Assembly (NCBI GenBank): GCA_963770895.1
Contig: CAVYRF010000001.1
Span: 768,001-832,000, forward strand
Direction: 5' to 3'
Origin: an uncultured Acidobacteriota bacterium
Lineage (GTDB): Bacteria; Acidobacteriota; Thermoanaerobaculia; Multivoradales; UBA5704
Length of the DNA: 64,000 nucleotides
The position numbers and the translations under genes are program-made. A model generated the notes under the pieces. It did no database searches, was not told where the DNA came from, and worked only from the letters and a program-made list of their open reading frames with translations. Every line of letters begins with the position of its first letter. Within the stretch, counting starts at the first letter, position 1. This document shows, piece by piece, positions 21,458 through 30,617 of the stretch.

Positions 21458-22099
21458 GTGCCGCTGCTCGCGCTGGCCGCGGTGGCGGCGATCCGCGCGC
21501 TGCGCTCGACCGTCCGGGTGCGCCACCACGGCGCCGCCGCGGTGCGCGCCCGCGAGGCGGCCGGCCAGCGCTTCATCCTCGCCTTCTGGCACCGCCACCT
21601 GCTGCTGATGCCCTACGCCTACCGCGGCCGGCGCATCTCGGTGCTGATCAGCCGCAGCCGCGACGGCGAGCTGATCGCCCGCACGGTGGCGCGCTTCGGC
21701 ATCGACGCGTCGCGCGGCTCGAGCAGCCGCGGCGGCGCCGCCGGCCTGCGCGACCTGCTGCGCAAGGCCGCCGCGGGCTACGACCTGGCGTTCACCCCGG
21801 ACGGACCGCGCGGCCCGGCCGGCGTGGTGCAGCCCGGCGTGATCCTGGCGGCGGCAGCCACCGGTCTGCCGGTCTTTCCGGTCGCCATCGCCGCCTCGCG
21901 CTGCCGCCGCCTGCGCTCGTGGGACCGCTTTCTGGTGCCGCTGCCGCTCGCGACCGTCCACATCGTCTACGGTGAAGCCTTCAACGTCCCTCGCGGCGAG
22001 GCGCGGGCGCCGGACGCCGCCGCCGCCGAGCTGGGCCGCCGCCTGGACGGCGCCGCGGCACGCGCCGAGCTGCTGGCGGGCCATGGCAGCGACGGATGA
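21458..22099 (+). CDS. Lysophospholipid acyltransferase family protein (DUF374)
   Basis: AFWH, SRSRDGE, RGSSSRGG, TPDGPRGP and SWDRF motifs. Confidence 0.88.
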   Translation: MPLLALAAVAAIRALRSTVRVRHHGAAAVRAREAAGQRFILAFWHRHLLLMPYAYRGRRISVLISRSRDGELIARTVARFGIDASRGSSSRGGAAGLRDLLRKAAAGYDLAFTPDGPRGPAGVVQPGVILAAAATGLPVFPVAIAASRCRRLRSWDRFLVPLPLATVHIVYGEAFNVPRGEARAPDAAAAELGRRLDGAAARAELLAGHGSDG

Positions 22100-22211
22100 C
22101 GAACCGTGCGCGGGACTCGGACGGAGGCGGCCGCCGCCGCGCGGGCGGCCGGCGCCAACCGCCGCACAGGCCGCTGCTTTAAACCAGCTTTCGATGGATG
22201 GGAGAACGACG

Positions 22212-23087
22212 ATGCGGAGCATGACCGGGTACGGCGAAGCGAGCGGGCGCAGCGAACGGCGCGCCGTCACGGTGGCGCTCAAGGCGGTGAATCACCGCTT
22301 CCTGGATCTCCAGGTGCGCCTGGGCGACGAGCTGCGGGCGAGCGAGCCGGCGCTGCGCGAGGCGCTGTCGCGCGAGCTGGCGCGCGGCCGCGTGGAGGCG
22401 CGGGTGGAGGTGCGCGCGGCAGGGGAGCGCGGCCAGGTGGAGATCGACCTGGGGCTGGTCAAGGCGGTGCAGGCGGCGGTCGGCGCGCTGGTGGCGGAAG
22501 GGGTGGTGGCGTCAGGCCTGACCGCGGGCGACCTGCTGCGCCTGCCGGCCGTGCTGCGGGTGGAGAGCGCGGCCGCCGGCTGGGACGAGCGGGACGACGA
22601 GCTGCTGCTGGGCACCGCCGCGGCGGCGGTCGCGCAGCTGGTCGCCGGGCGCGAGGCGGAGGGCGCCGGCCTGGCGGCGGCGCTGGGCGAAAGGCTGACG
22701 GGGATCGGCGCGGCGGTGGAGCGCCTGGACGCCTTGCGCGGCCCGGCGCTCGAAGAGACCGCCGCCGCCCTGCGCCGGCGGGTCTCCGAGCTGCTCGCCG
22801 GGCACGAGATGGACCCGGCGCGCATCGCCCAGGAGGTGGCGCTGCTCGCCGACCGCGGCGACGTGAGCGAGGAGATCGATCGCCTGCGCTCGCACCTGGA
22901 GCATTTCCGCGCCGTGGCCGGCGGCGCCGGGGCGAGCGGCAAGCGGCTCGACTTCCTCACCCAGGAGATCTTTCGCGAGCTCAATACCCTGGGCGCCAAG
23001 TGTCGCAACGCCGAGATGATCCGCTGCGTCCTGGACGCCAAGGTGCTGTGCGAGCAGCTGCGCGAACAGGTGCAGAACGTGGAGTAG
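22212..23087 (+). CDS. yicC: YicC/YloC family endoribonuclease
   Basis: MRSMTGYG, VNHRFLD, EEIDRLRSH, GKRLDFLTQE..RELNT and EQLREQVQNVE. Confidence 0.95.
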   Translation: MRSMTGYGEASGRSERRAVTVALKAVNHRFLDLQVRLGDELRASEPALREALSRELARGRVEARVEVRAAGERGQVEIDLGLVKAVQAAVGALVAEGVVASGLTAGDLLRLPAVLRVESAAAGWDERDDELLLGTAAAAVAQLVAGREAEGAGLAAALGERLTGIGAAVERLDALRGPALEETAAALRRRVSELLAGHEMDPARIAQEVALLADRGDVSEEIDRLRSHLEHFRAVAGGAGASGKRLDFLTQEIFRELNTLGAKCRNAEMIRCVLDAKVLCEQLREQVQNVE

Positions 23088-23215
23088 CAGGGGCAGGGGG
23101 CCGCGTGCGGGGGCCCCGCGGGAACCGGCGCCGCGAACCTGGCGACCTGCCGCCATGTCCCCCGAGCCGGCGCCCGCGGCGCCTGCTGTTGCCGGTAAGC
23201 CTGTCTGGCAGGAGC

Positions 23216-23362
23216 CTACGGGCAGATCTCGACGCAGGAAACCACCTGCGTCGGGCACCACGGGTGGGTGGTGGCGGCCGCCGCGATTCCGGCCAGGCTG
23301 GCGGGGTCGAGCCGGTTGAGGGTTTCGCGGTGCAGGCGGATGCGCTGGATCTGCTTCTTCAT
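23216..23362 (-). CDS. Putative lanthipeptide-type RiPP precursor, 48 aa (MKKQIQRIRLHRETLNRLDPASLAGIAAAATTHPWCPTQVVSCVEICP); absent from the ORF track
   Basis: Translated by hand; RBS AAAGGAG 6 bp upstream of ATG; IxLxRETL leader motif; Cys/Thr/Ser-containing core. Confidence 0.75.
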   Translation of the reverse strand: MKKQIQRIRLHRETLNRLDPASLAGIAAAATTHPWCPTQVVSCVEICP

Positions 23363-23520
23363 GGTCTTCTCCTTTGGTTGTGGAACCGTCTACCCATCAG
23401 ATTGCAGCGAATGGTTCAATGCGTGACAATCCAGGTGCTGGACGACGGCAGCGGCGCCGGCGCGGGGGGCGGGGCACCGGCGAGGAGCGCCGCCGGCGGC
23501 GTGGTAGCATCCAGAAGCAA

Positions 23521-24183
23521 GTGAACGATCCAACCCCTCGTCGCGGCGACCTGTTCATCCTCTCCGCCCCGTCCGGCACCGGCAAGACGACGCTGATCCG
23601 CGGTCTCTTGGAAGGGCCGATGCACGGTTGCGCGGAGCTGGCGTTTTCGGTCAGCCACACCACGCGCGCGCCGCGCACCGGCGAGGTCGACGGCCAGGAC
23701 TATTACTTCGTCGACTCGGCGACGTTCCAGTCGATGGTGGCGGCGGATCTCTTTCTGGAGTGGGCGGAGGTGCACGGCAATTTCTATGGCACCGCGCTCG
23801 CCGAGGTGATGCCGCGCCTGGAGCAGGGGATGGACGTGTTGCTCGATATCGACGTGCAGGGGGCGGCGCGCGTCGTCGCCCGCCACCCGGCGGCCTACAG
23901 CATTTTCGTGATGCCCCCCAGCTACCAGGTGCTGGCGCGGCGCCTGGCGCGGCGCGGCCTGGACGATCCGCAGTCGATCACCCGCCGGCTGGCCACCTCG
24001 GCCGTCGAGATGGAGCGCTGGAACCGGTACAACTATGTAATAATCAACGATGACGCCGCTCGCGCGAGCGAGGCCCTGGCCTCAATCATCCGCGAAAAGC
24101 GTTACCGGCAGGACTCGATGCGCAGCCGGGTGCAGAGCATCCTGAAAGACTTCCAAGAGCGGGGCGACCCGCAGACCCTGTGA
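23521..24183 (+). CDS. gmk: Guanylate kinase
   Basis: SAPSGTGKTT, SVSHTTRAPR, EWAEVHGNFYGT and DIDVQGA. Confidence 0.96.
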   Translation: MNDPTPRRGDLFILSAPSGTGKTTLIRGLLEGPMHGCAELAFSVSHTTRAPRTGEVDGQDYYFVDSATFQSMVAADLFLEWAEVHGNFYGTALAEVMPRLEQGMDVLLDIDVQGAARVVARHPAAYSIFVMPPSYQVLARRLARRGLDDPQSITRRLATSAVEMERWNRYNYVIINDDAARASEALASIIREKRYRQDSMRSRVQSILKDFQERGDPQTL

Positions 24184-24261
24184 CTGGAACCGGAAAACCC
24201 GTCCGGCCTGAAAGCGGCGGCGCCCGCGATCTCTGTTCGCGCCGCCTGGGAGACCGTTTGC

Positions 24262-24519
24262 ATGGATGAGAGGAACACCGATCGCGCCCCCGAGGTGGAC
24301 AGCAAGTTCCGCCTCGTGCTGGTCGCCGCCACCCGCGCCGAGCAGCTGATCCGCGGCGCCCGCCCCAAGCTGGACAACGCCAGCAAGCGCAAGTCGACGC
24401 GTCTGGCGATGGATGAGGTCGCCAGCCACCTGGTGGAATGGGGCTACGGCCCGCCGCCGCAGCCCGAACCGGCCCCCGAAGCCGCGGCCGAGGAGCAGCC
24501 GGCGGCGGAAGTCCACTAG
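24262..24519 (+). CDS. rpoZ: RNA polymerase omega subunit
   Basis: DSKFRLVLVAATRAEQL; gmk-rpoZ-coaBC synteny. Confidence 0.92.
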   Translation: MDERNTDRAPEVDSKFRLVLVAATRAEQLIRGARPKLDNASKRKSTRLAMDEVASHLVEWGYGPPPQPEPAPEAAAEEQPAAEVH

Positions 24520-24595
24520 CGGCCCGGCCGGTGGATCACACGGTCCGCCGGCCAACAAGCCCACCCACCGCCTATCTATCGATCGTCCGGCGGCC

Positions 24596-25888
24596 ATGAT
24601 GAGCACCACCGCGTCGCCGGCCGATCCTTCGCCAAGCGCGCCGCCGCCCCCCTTGCACGTGCTGCTGGGGGTGAGCGGCGGCATTGCCGCCTTCAAGGCG
24701 GCCGAGCTGGTGCGCCGCCTGCGCGCCCGCGGCCATCACGTGCGCTGCGCGCTGACCCGCCACGCCGCCGCCTTCGTCACCCCCCTGACGCTGGAGGTGC
24801 TGAGCGGCCATCCGGTGCATGGCGAAGAGTACCTGCAGGCCGGCCCGGCGGGGGCGCAGGGCGAAGAAGCCCACATCGCCGCCGCCGCCTGGGCCGACGT
24901 GCTGTGCGTCGCGCCGGCCACCGCCAACCTGCTGGCCCGCCTGGCGCTCGGCCTGGCCGACGACTTTCTGTCGACCGCCGCGCTCGCCTTCGCCGGTCCG
25001 CTGGTGGCCGCTCCCGCCATGCACAGCACCATGTGGCGCCAGGCGGTGATGCAGGAGCACGTGGCGGCGCTGCTGCGCCGCGGCGTGCGCCTGGTGGGAC
25101 CGGTCGAAGGGCCGCTGGCCTCGGGAGAAACCGGCATCGGCCGCATGGCCGAACCCGACGCCATCGTCGCCGCGATCGAAGCGGCCGCCCGTGCCGCTGT
25201 CACCGCCGGCTCGCTGCGCGGCCGGGCGGTGCTGGTCACCGCCGGTCCAACGCATGAACCGCTCGATCCGGTGCGGTTCCTGGGCAACCGTTCCAGCGGC
25301 AAGATGGGCTTCGCCCTCGCCGCCGAAGCGGCGCGGCGCGGCGCCGGCGTCACCCTGATCGCCGGGCCGGTGGCGCTGGCAACGCCCGCCGGCGTGCGGC
25401 GCATCGACGTCACCACGGCGGCCGAGATGGCGGCGGCGACCCGCGGCGAAGCGGCGCGCGCCGACATGATCGTGATGGCGGCGGCAGTGGCCGATTTCCG
25501 TCCCCTCCAGGTTGCCCCCGCCAAGATCAAGAAGTCGCAGGGCGGCCTGCAGGCGATCGAGCTGGCCGAAAACCCCGACATCCTGGCCAGCCTGCGGCAG
25601 GCGGCGCCGGCCGCCCTGCTGGTCGGCTTCGCCGCCGAAACCGAGCAGCTGGAAGCCAACGCCCGCCAGAAGCTGGCAGCCAAGGGCGCCGACCTGCTGG
25701 TGGCCAACGACGTCTCGCGTCGCGACATCGCCTTTGGCAGCGAAGCCAACGAGGTGACCGTCTACCGTCGCACCGGCGACCCGATCTTCCTGGCGCGCCG
25801 GCCCAAATCGGAGATCGCCGGCGCGCTGCTCGACCTCTTCGCCGCGGCGCTGCCGCCGCCGGCCGCCGCCGCGGGTCCAACAGGCTGA
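24596..25888 (+). CDS. coaBC: Phosphopantothenoylcysteine decarboxylase/ligase
   Basis: GVSGGIAAFK, APATAN, PAMH, TAGPTHEPLDPVRFLGNRSSGKMG and VGFAAET. Confidence 0.97.
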   Translation: MMSTTASPADPSPSAPPPPLHVLLGVSGGIAAFKAAELVRRLRARGHHVRCALTRHAAAFVTPLTLEVLSGHPVHGEEYLQAGPAGAQGEEAHIAAAAWADVLCVAPATANLLARLALGLADDFLSTAALAFAGPLVAAPAMHSTMWRQAVMQEHVAALLRRGVRLVGPVEGPLASGETGIGRMAEPDAIVAAIEAAARAAVTAGSLRGRAVLVTAGPTHEPLDPVRFLGNRSSGKMGFALAAEAARRGAGVTLIAGPVALATPAGVRRIDVTTAAEMAAATRGEAARADMIVMAAAVADFRPLQVAPAKIKKSQGGLQAIELAENPDILASLRQAAPAALLVGFAAETEQLEANARQKLAAKGADLLVANDVSRRDIAFGSEANEVTVYRRTGDPIFLARRPKSEIAGALLDLFAAALPPPAAAAGPTG

Positions 25889-26751
25889 TGCCCCTTATCC
25901 CCAACGACGATCCGGCGGCCCTGGCGCAGCTCCTGGGCTACCTCGACGAGATCGGCTACGGCGAGCTCTACCTGGGGCGGCCCGCCGGCACCCCCGCGGC
26001 GGCGCCGGGCAACGCCGGTGGGCGCGGCCCCGACCCTGCTGCCGGCGCCGATGCCGATGCCGCCGCGGCCGCCCTGCGCGCCGTGGCCGACCTGGCGGCG
26101 GCCGCCCGCGACGCCACCCACGCGGGCGAAGGCGCCGGCGAGCCCGCGGCCGCCGCCTCCGGCGAACCCCTGCCCGCGGCCGGCGACGCGCCGGCGCGCG
26201 CTGCCGCTCTGGCCGCCCTGGCGGAGGTGGTGGCGCCCTGCCGGCGCTGCCGCCTGTGCGAAGGCCGCAACAAGACGGTGTTCGGCTCCGGCGACCCCGA
26301 CGCCGACCTGATGTTCATCGGCGAAGGGCCGGGCGCCGAAGAAGACCGCCAGGGTCTGCCCTTCGTCGGCCGCGCCGGCGAGCTGCTGACGCGCATCATC
26401 GAGGCGATCGACATGACGCGGCAGCAGGTCTACATCGCCAACATCGTCAAGTGCCGGCCGCCCGGCAACCGCGATCCGCAGCCCGACGAAGTGACCGCCT
26501 GCCGTCCCTACCTCGAAAAGCAGATCGCCTTGGTGCAGCCGCGCTTTCTGGTGGCGCTGGGCCGCATCGCGGCGCAGACCCTGCTGGGCACCGACATGCC
26601 GATCGGCCGCATGCGCGGCCAGTGGTTCCAGGTCTTCGGCGTGCCGACCATGGTCACCTACCACCCGGCGGCGCTGCTGCGCAATCCCGCCCTCAAGCGC
26701 CCGACCTGGGAAGACATGCAGCAGGTGCGCGACCGCCTGCGCACGCCGTAA
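25888..26751 (+). CDS. Uracil-DNA glycosylase, family 4
   Basis: [30 protein letters not shown] and TYHPAALL. Confidence 0.95.
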   Translation: MPLIPNDDPAALAQLLGYLDEIGYGELYLGRPAGTPAAAPGNAGGRGPDPAAGADADAAAAALRAVADLAAAARDATHAGEGAGEPAAAASGEPLPAAGDAPARAAALAALAEVVAPCRRCRLCEGRNKTVFGSGDPDADLMFIGEGPGAEEDRQGLPFVGRAGELLTRIIEAIDMTRQQVYIANIVKCRPPGNRDPQPDEVTACRPYLEKQIALVQPRFLVALGRIAAQTLLGTDMPIGRMRGQWFQVFGVPTMVTYHPAALLRNPALKRPTWEDMQQVRDRLRTP

Positions 26752-26786
26752 CGGCGCGCCGCAAGGGAGCGGCACAGCGGCGCACC

Positions 26787-27581
26787 ATGACGATGCCTGC
26801 CTCGGACGTGCTCGGCGAACCGCTGCACGGACTGTTCGTGCTGCTGGGGACGGCCGTCGCCATGCTGGCCTTCGCCGCTGCGGCGCGCCGCAAGGTGCTG
26901 ACCGAAGACGTGGTGGTGCTGCTGGCGGGAGCCCTCGCCGGCGGCGCCCTGGGGTCGAAGCTGGCGGTGCTGTGGCGGTACCTGGACAGCGCCGCGGCGC
27001 CTTCGCCCTGGGGCCTTTTGGTCAGCGGCGGCCAGAGCGTGCTGGGCGGGTTGTCAGGAGCCTATCTGGGAGTGGTGCTGACCAAGCGCCTGATCGGCTA
27101 TCGCGCCGGCACCGGCGACCTGTTCGCGCCCGCCGTGGCCCTGGGGATCGGCATCGGCCGCATCGGTTGCCTGCTGACCGAACCTCCCGGATCGCCCACC
27201 GGCGGCAGCTGGGGAGTGGTGGTGGACGCGGCCAGGGCGGCGCGGATCGCCGGCTTCCCGCCGCGCTGGGTGGGTGTGCCGCTGCACCCGTCGTTCCTCT
27301 ACGAGATTCCCTTTCACCTGGCGATGGCGGTCGTGCTGTTGCATCTGCGCGCCCGCGGCGCCCTGCGCGGCGAGCTCTTCACGCTCTACTGCCTGGCCTA
27401 CGCGCCGGTGCGCTTCCTGCTTGAGTTCGTGCGCGGCAATCCGGTCGTGTGGCACGGCCTCACCCGCTCGCAGCTGTTCCTGATCCCCGCCGCCGCGGCG
27501 CTTGCCGTGAGCTTCGGGCGCCGGTGCCGCAAGGTGCCGCCGCCGTTCAACGCCGCCCTGGAGGTACCCGCGGATGCCTGA
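26787..27581 (+). CDS. Prolipoprotein diacylglyceryl transferase (Lgt) family protein, atypical
   Basis: GRIGC, LHPSFLYE and RFLLEFVR motifs; the HGG motif appears as SVLGG. Confidence 0.8.
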   Translation: MTMPASDVLGEPLHGLFVLLGTAVAMLAFAAAARRKVLTEDVVVLLAGALAGGALGSKLAVLWRYLDSAAAPSPWGLLVSGGQSVLGGLSGAYLGVVLTKRLIGYRAGTGDLFAPAVALGIGIGRIGCLLTEPPGSPTGGSWGVVVDAARAARIAGFPPRWVGVPLHPSFLYEIPFHLAMAVVLLHLRARGALRGELFTLYCLAYAPVRFLLEFVRGNPVVWHGLTRSQLFLIPAAAALAVSFGRRCRKVPPPFNAALEVPADA

Positions 27582-27861
27582 ACAACCGACCGCCCAGCAA
27601 GGTTCCGGCAGTGGAGCCGTCCGCATCACCTGCAGCATTCTGCTCATTCTCCTGGCGGTGGGGATCTTCCTGTTCGGCACCTGCCTGGGGCTGCTCGCAA
27701 ACTCCAACCACGCCGACCCGCGGAACATATTTTTCTTTCTTGGCGCCGGCCTCGTCGCTCTCGTGCTCATCGGCCTGGCGATCGCCTGGCTGGTCATCGG
27801 GGCAAAGCGCGCGCGCCAGCCGCCCCTGGACCACCCTGACGAAAGGAATCTCCGGCAGTAG
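27574..27861 (+). CDS. Small two-helix membrane protein with FLFGTC motif
   Basis: Overlaps the Lgt-like stop; two hydrophobic helices. Confidence 0.7.
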   Translation: MPEQPTAQQGSGSGAVRITCSILLILLAVGIFLFGTCLGLLANSNHADPRNIFFFLGAGLVALVLIGLAIAWLVIGAKRARQPPLDHPDERNLRQ

Positions 27862-27879
27862 CCGGCGGAGGTCTCACCG

Positions 27880-29472
27880 ATGCCTGGCATGCCTCTGCGC
27901 GGCGACCGCTTGCTTCGCTACGTTTCGGCCTTCTGCCCCCACTGCCACGCCGAGGAGCCGGAACGGCCGCTCGCGGACGTGCGGCGGCTGAGCGGCTACC
28001 TGGTGGCGGAGCAGGGTCAGGTGTGGCTGGTGCGCGGCTGTCCGCAGCACGGCCGCGTGCGCACGTTCTACGACGAATCGGCCGAGATCCTGGCCTACCT
28101 GGAAGAGTGGACGGCTCCAACCAAGCGCCACACCGCCGACACGGCCGGCAACTTCGATCCCATACCCCTGGCCTATCTGCGCGGGCTGCCCGAAATGCAG
28201 ACGCAGCACACCTGCATCCTGCTGCAGGACATCGACCTGTCGTGCAACCTCTGCTGCCCCAACTGCTTTGCCGCCAGCTCGCCGCAGCTGCGCGGCGTGG
28301 TGCCGATCGCCCAGGCGCTGCAAAGCCTCGACGCACGGCTGGCGCGCGAGGACGGCTGGCTCGACGTGCTGATGCTGTCGGGGGGCGAACCCACCTTGCA
28401 CCCGCAGCTCCTCGACCTGCTCGACGCCGTGCTGGAGCGTCCCGTCGGGCGCGTCCTCCTCAACAGCAACGGCATCGCCATCGCGCAGGACGACCGGCTG
28501 CTCGCCTACCTGGAGCGCCACCGCAAGCGGATCGAGGTCTACCTGCAATTCGACGGCTTCCGCGCCGAAACCCATCGCTACCATCGCGGCGCCGACCTGC
28601 GGCGGATCAAGCAGCTGGCCGTCGAGCGGCTGTCCGCTGCCGGCGTGTTCACCACCCTCACCATGACCGCCTCGCTGGGGGTCAACGACGACGAGATCGG
28701 CGACGTGGTGCTGCATGCGCTGGACACGCCCTTTGTCGGCGGAGTTTCGATCCAGCCGCAGTTCGGCAGCGGCCGCGCCACCGCCATCGACTCGCTGCGC
28801 CGGTTGACGCACACCGGCGTGCTGGCCCGGCTTGGGCCGCAGACCGACGGCGTGGTCACCTGGCGCGACCTGACGGCGCTGCCGTGCAGCCACCCCCACT
28901 GCTGCAGCATCGGCTACCTGATCCAGACCGATTCCGGCGCCTGGCGCTCGCTCACCGCGCTGCTCGGTACGGAGCAGCTGAAGAACCACCTGCAGCTGGT
29001 GAGCAACCGCATCGTGGCGCCCGATCTCACGGCGGAGCTGCGGGCCCTGCTCAAGTCGTCGCTGCTCGGCCTGCTGTCGGAGGCCAGCTCGCTGGCGCAG
29101 CCGGCGATCGGCGAGCTCTTCCACAACGTCTGCCGCAGCTGCGACCTGGGGCTGACAGACCTCCTGCGCCTGGCCGGCGGCGCCCTGACGGGCCGCGACG
29201 AAGCGCTGCGCAACCTGCTCGGCAGGCGGGTGAAGCGCATTACGGTCAAGCCCTTCATGGACATCCAGACCATGATCGAAGAGCGCTTGATGCAGTGCTG
29301 CGTTCACGTCGCGACCGCCCGCGACCAGCCCGGCACCCCGGCGGACGCCCACCAGTGCGTTCCCTTTTGCGCTGCCCAGGCCTGGCCGGAGCTCAGCCGC
29401 GGCAAGCTCGCCGAACGGGCGGGCCGGCGGCCCGAACCGGCCGCGGCGGTTCCGTACCAGGTGCCGCGATGA
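27880..29472 (+). CDS. Radical SAM protein with N-terminal CxxC..CxxH and C-terminal Cys-rich extensions
   Basis: CNLCCPNC, SGGEPTLHP, YLQFDG, CPHC..CPQHG, QCCVH and VPFC; RBS GGAGG. Confidence 0.92.
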   Translation: MPGMPLRGDRLLRYVSAFCPHCHAEEPERPLADVRRLSGYLVAEQGQVWLVRGCPQHGRVRTFYDESAEILAYLEEWTAPTKRHTADTAGNFDPIPLAYLRGLPEMQTQHTCILLQDIDLSCNLCCPNCFAASSPQLRGVVPIAQALQSLDARLAREDGWLDVLMLSGGEPTLHPQLLDLLDAVLERPVGRVLLNSNGIAIAQDDRLLAYLERHRKRIEVYLQFDGFRAETHRYHRGADLRRIKQLAVERLSAAGVFTTLTMTASLGVNDDEIGDVVLHALDTPFVGGVSIQPQFGSGRATAIDSLRRLTHTGVLARLGPQTDGVVTWRDLTALPCSHPHCCSIGYLIQTDSGAWRSLTALLGTEQLKNHLQLVSNRIVAPDLTAELRALLKSSLLGLLSEASSLAQPAIGELFHNVCRSCDLGLTDLLRLAGGALTGRDEALRNLLGRRVKRITVKPFMDIQTMIEERLMQCCVHVATARDQPGTPADAHQCVPFCAAQAWPELSRGKLAERAGRRPEPAAAVPYQVPR

Positions 29473-29855
29473 CCGGCGACACCGGCGCTCCCTCGCCGGC
29501 GAGCTCCGAGCTGAGCGCCGCCCGCCGCGCCCGCGCCGTGCAGCAGGCGCTGGCCGCCGCGGGCGAGCTGCCGCAGCCAGCGCCGCGACCGGCGGTCCGC
29601 GACCCATTGCCGCTCTGTATCTACGCGACCGTCGCGCTGCTTGCCTGGTTTTTCTCACCCGCCCTGGTGGCGGCGCTGTTCGCGCTCGCCGGCCTGCGCG
29701 CCTATGCCGTGGCGTACAGGGCCGGCTTGCGCAAGAGCGACTGCGTCCTGGGCGATCCGCGCTGGGTGATGCTCTACCTGGGAGTGGTGGCGACCTGCGG
29801 CCTGGCCTGGACTGGTTGGAAGCTGTGGGCGATCGCCGGCGCATGGCACGGCTGA
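29469..29855 (+). CDS. Small membrane protein
   Basis: ATGA overlap with the radical SAM stop; DPLPLCIYATVALLAW..SDCVLGDPR; about three hydrophobic segments. Confidence 0.7.
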   Translation: MTGDTGAPSPASSELSAARRARAVQQALAAAGELPQPAPRPAVRDPLPLCIYATVALLAWFFSPALVAALFALAGLRAYAVAYRAGLRKSDCVLGDPRWVMLYLGVVATCGLAWTGWKLWAIAGAWHG

Positions 29856-29942
29856 GGGCGCTGCCGCCCCGCGCGGCCGGATGGTGCCCGACGCGCCCGC
29901 GGCTTGCCTTGACCGGTTGCGGCGAAAGGTTTACCTTGGGCC

Positions 29943-30548
29943 ATGGCACCCGACGATGCAGCGTCCCACTCGTCGGATTTTGATCAATTTCTGAAGGCGA
30001 TGGGGCCGCGCATCAAGCGGCTGCTGGCGGCGCACCGCATTCCCCCCGAAGACGCCGAAGACGTGCTGCAGCAGGCGTTGCTCGCCCTGGTGCCGCAGTG
30101 GACGTCGATCCGCGAACCCGAAGCCTGGTTGACCGTGACGCTGCAACGGCACTGTTTCATGTACTGGCGCAAGACCCGCCGGCGGCTCTATTCGGCGGTC
30201 GACGCGGCGCTGCTGGAATTCCTGTCGCAGCCGGTGGCGCCGCAGCAGGAGCGCGACGGCCTGATGCTCGACCTGCAGGGCGTCCTGCAACGCCTGCCGG
30301 TGCGCTGCCGGCGTTTGCTGGACCTGCGCTACGCCCGCGGCTACGATCCGCCCGAGGTGGCGCGCCAGCTCGGCTATCGCCAATCGAGCATCGGCAAGGT
30401 GACGGCCCGCTGCCTGGCGGCGCTGACGCGCGAGCTGCTCCTGGCGCAGCCCCGCCGCGCCGCCCGCAACGCTGCCGCGGACGGCGGCGCCGCCCGCCGC
30501 CGCCGCCCCGCCGCCCCTCGCCACCTGCGAGAGCCGTTCATTCCCTGA
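29943..30548 (+). CDS. ECF-type RNA polymerase sigma-70 factor
   Basis: DAEDVLQQ..EAWL region 2; LQRLP..LRY..EVARQLG region 4 HTH. Confidence 0.85.
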   Translation: MAPDDAASHSSDFDQFLKAMGPRIKRLLAAHRIPPEDAEDVLQQALLALVPQWTSIREPEAWLTVTLQRHCFMYWRKTRRRLYSAVDAALLEFLSQPVAPQQERDGLMLDLQGVLQRLPVRCRRLLDLRYARGYDPPEVARQLGYRQSSIGKVTARCLAALTRELLLAQPRRAARNAAADGGAARRRRPAAPRHLREPFIP

Positions 30549-30617
30549 CGCCAACGCACGCCGGACCTGGGCGTGGGGCATGCTGCCGCGCGCCGGGCTG
30601 CCGGCGGACGGCCGACG

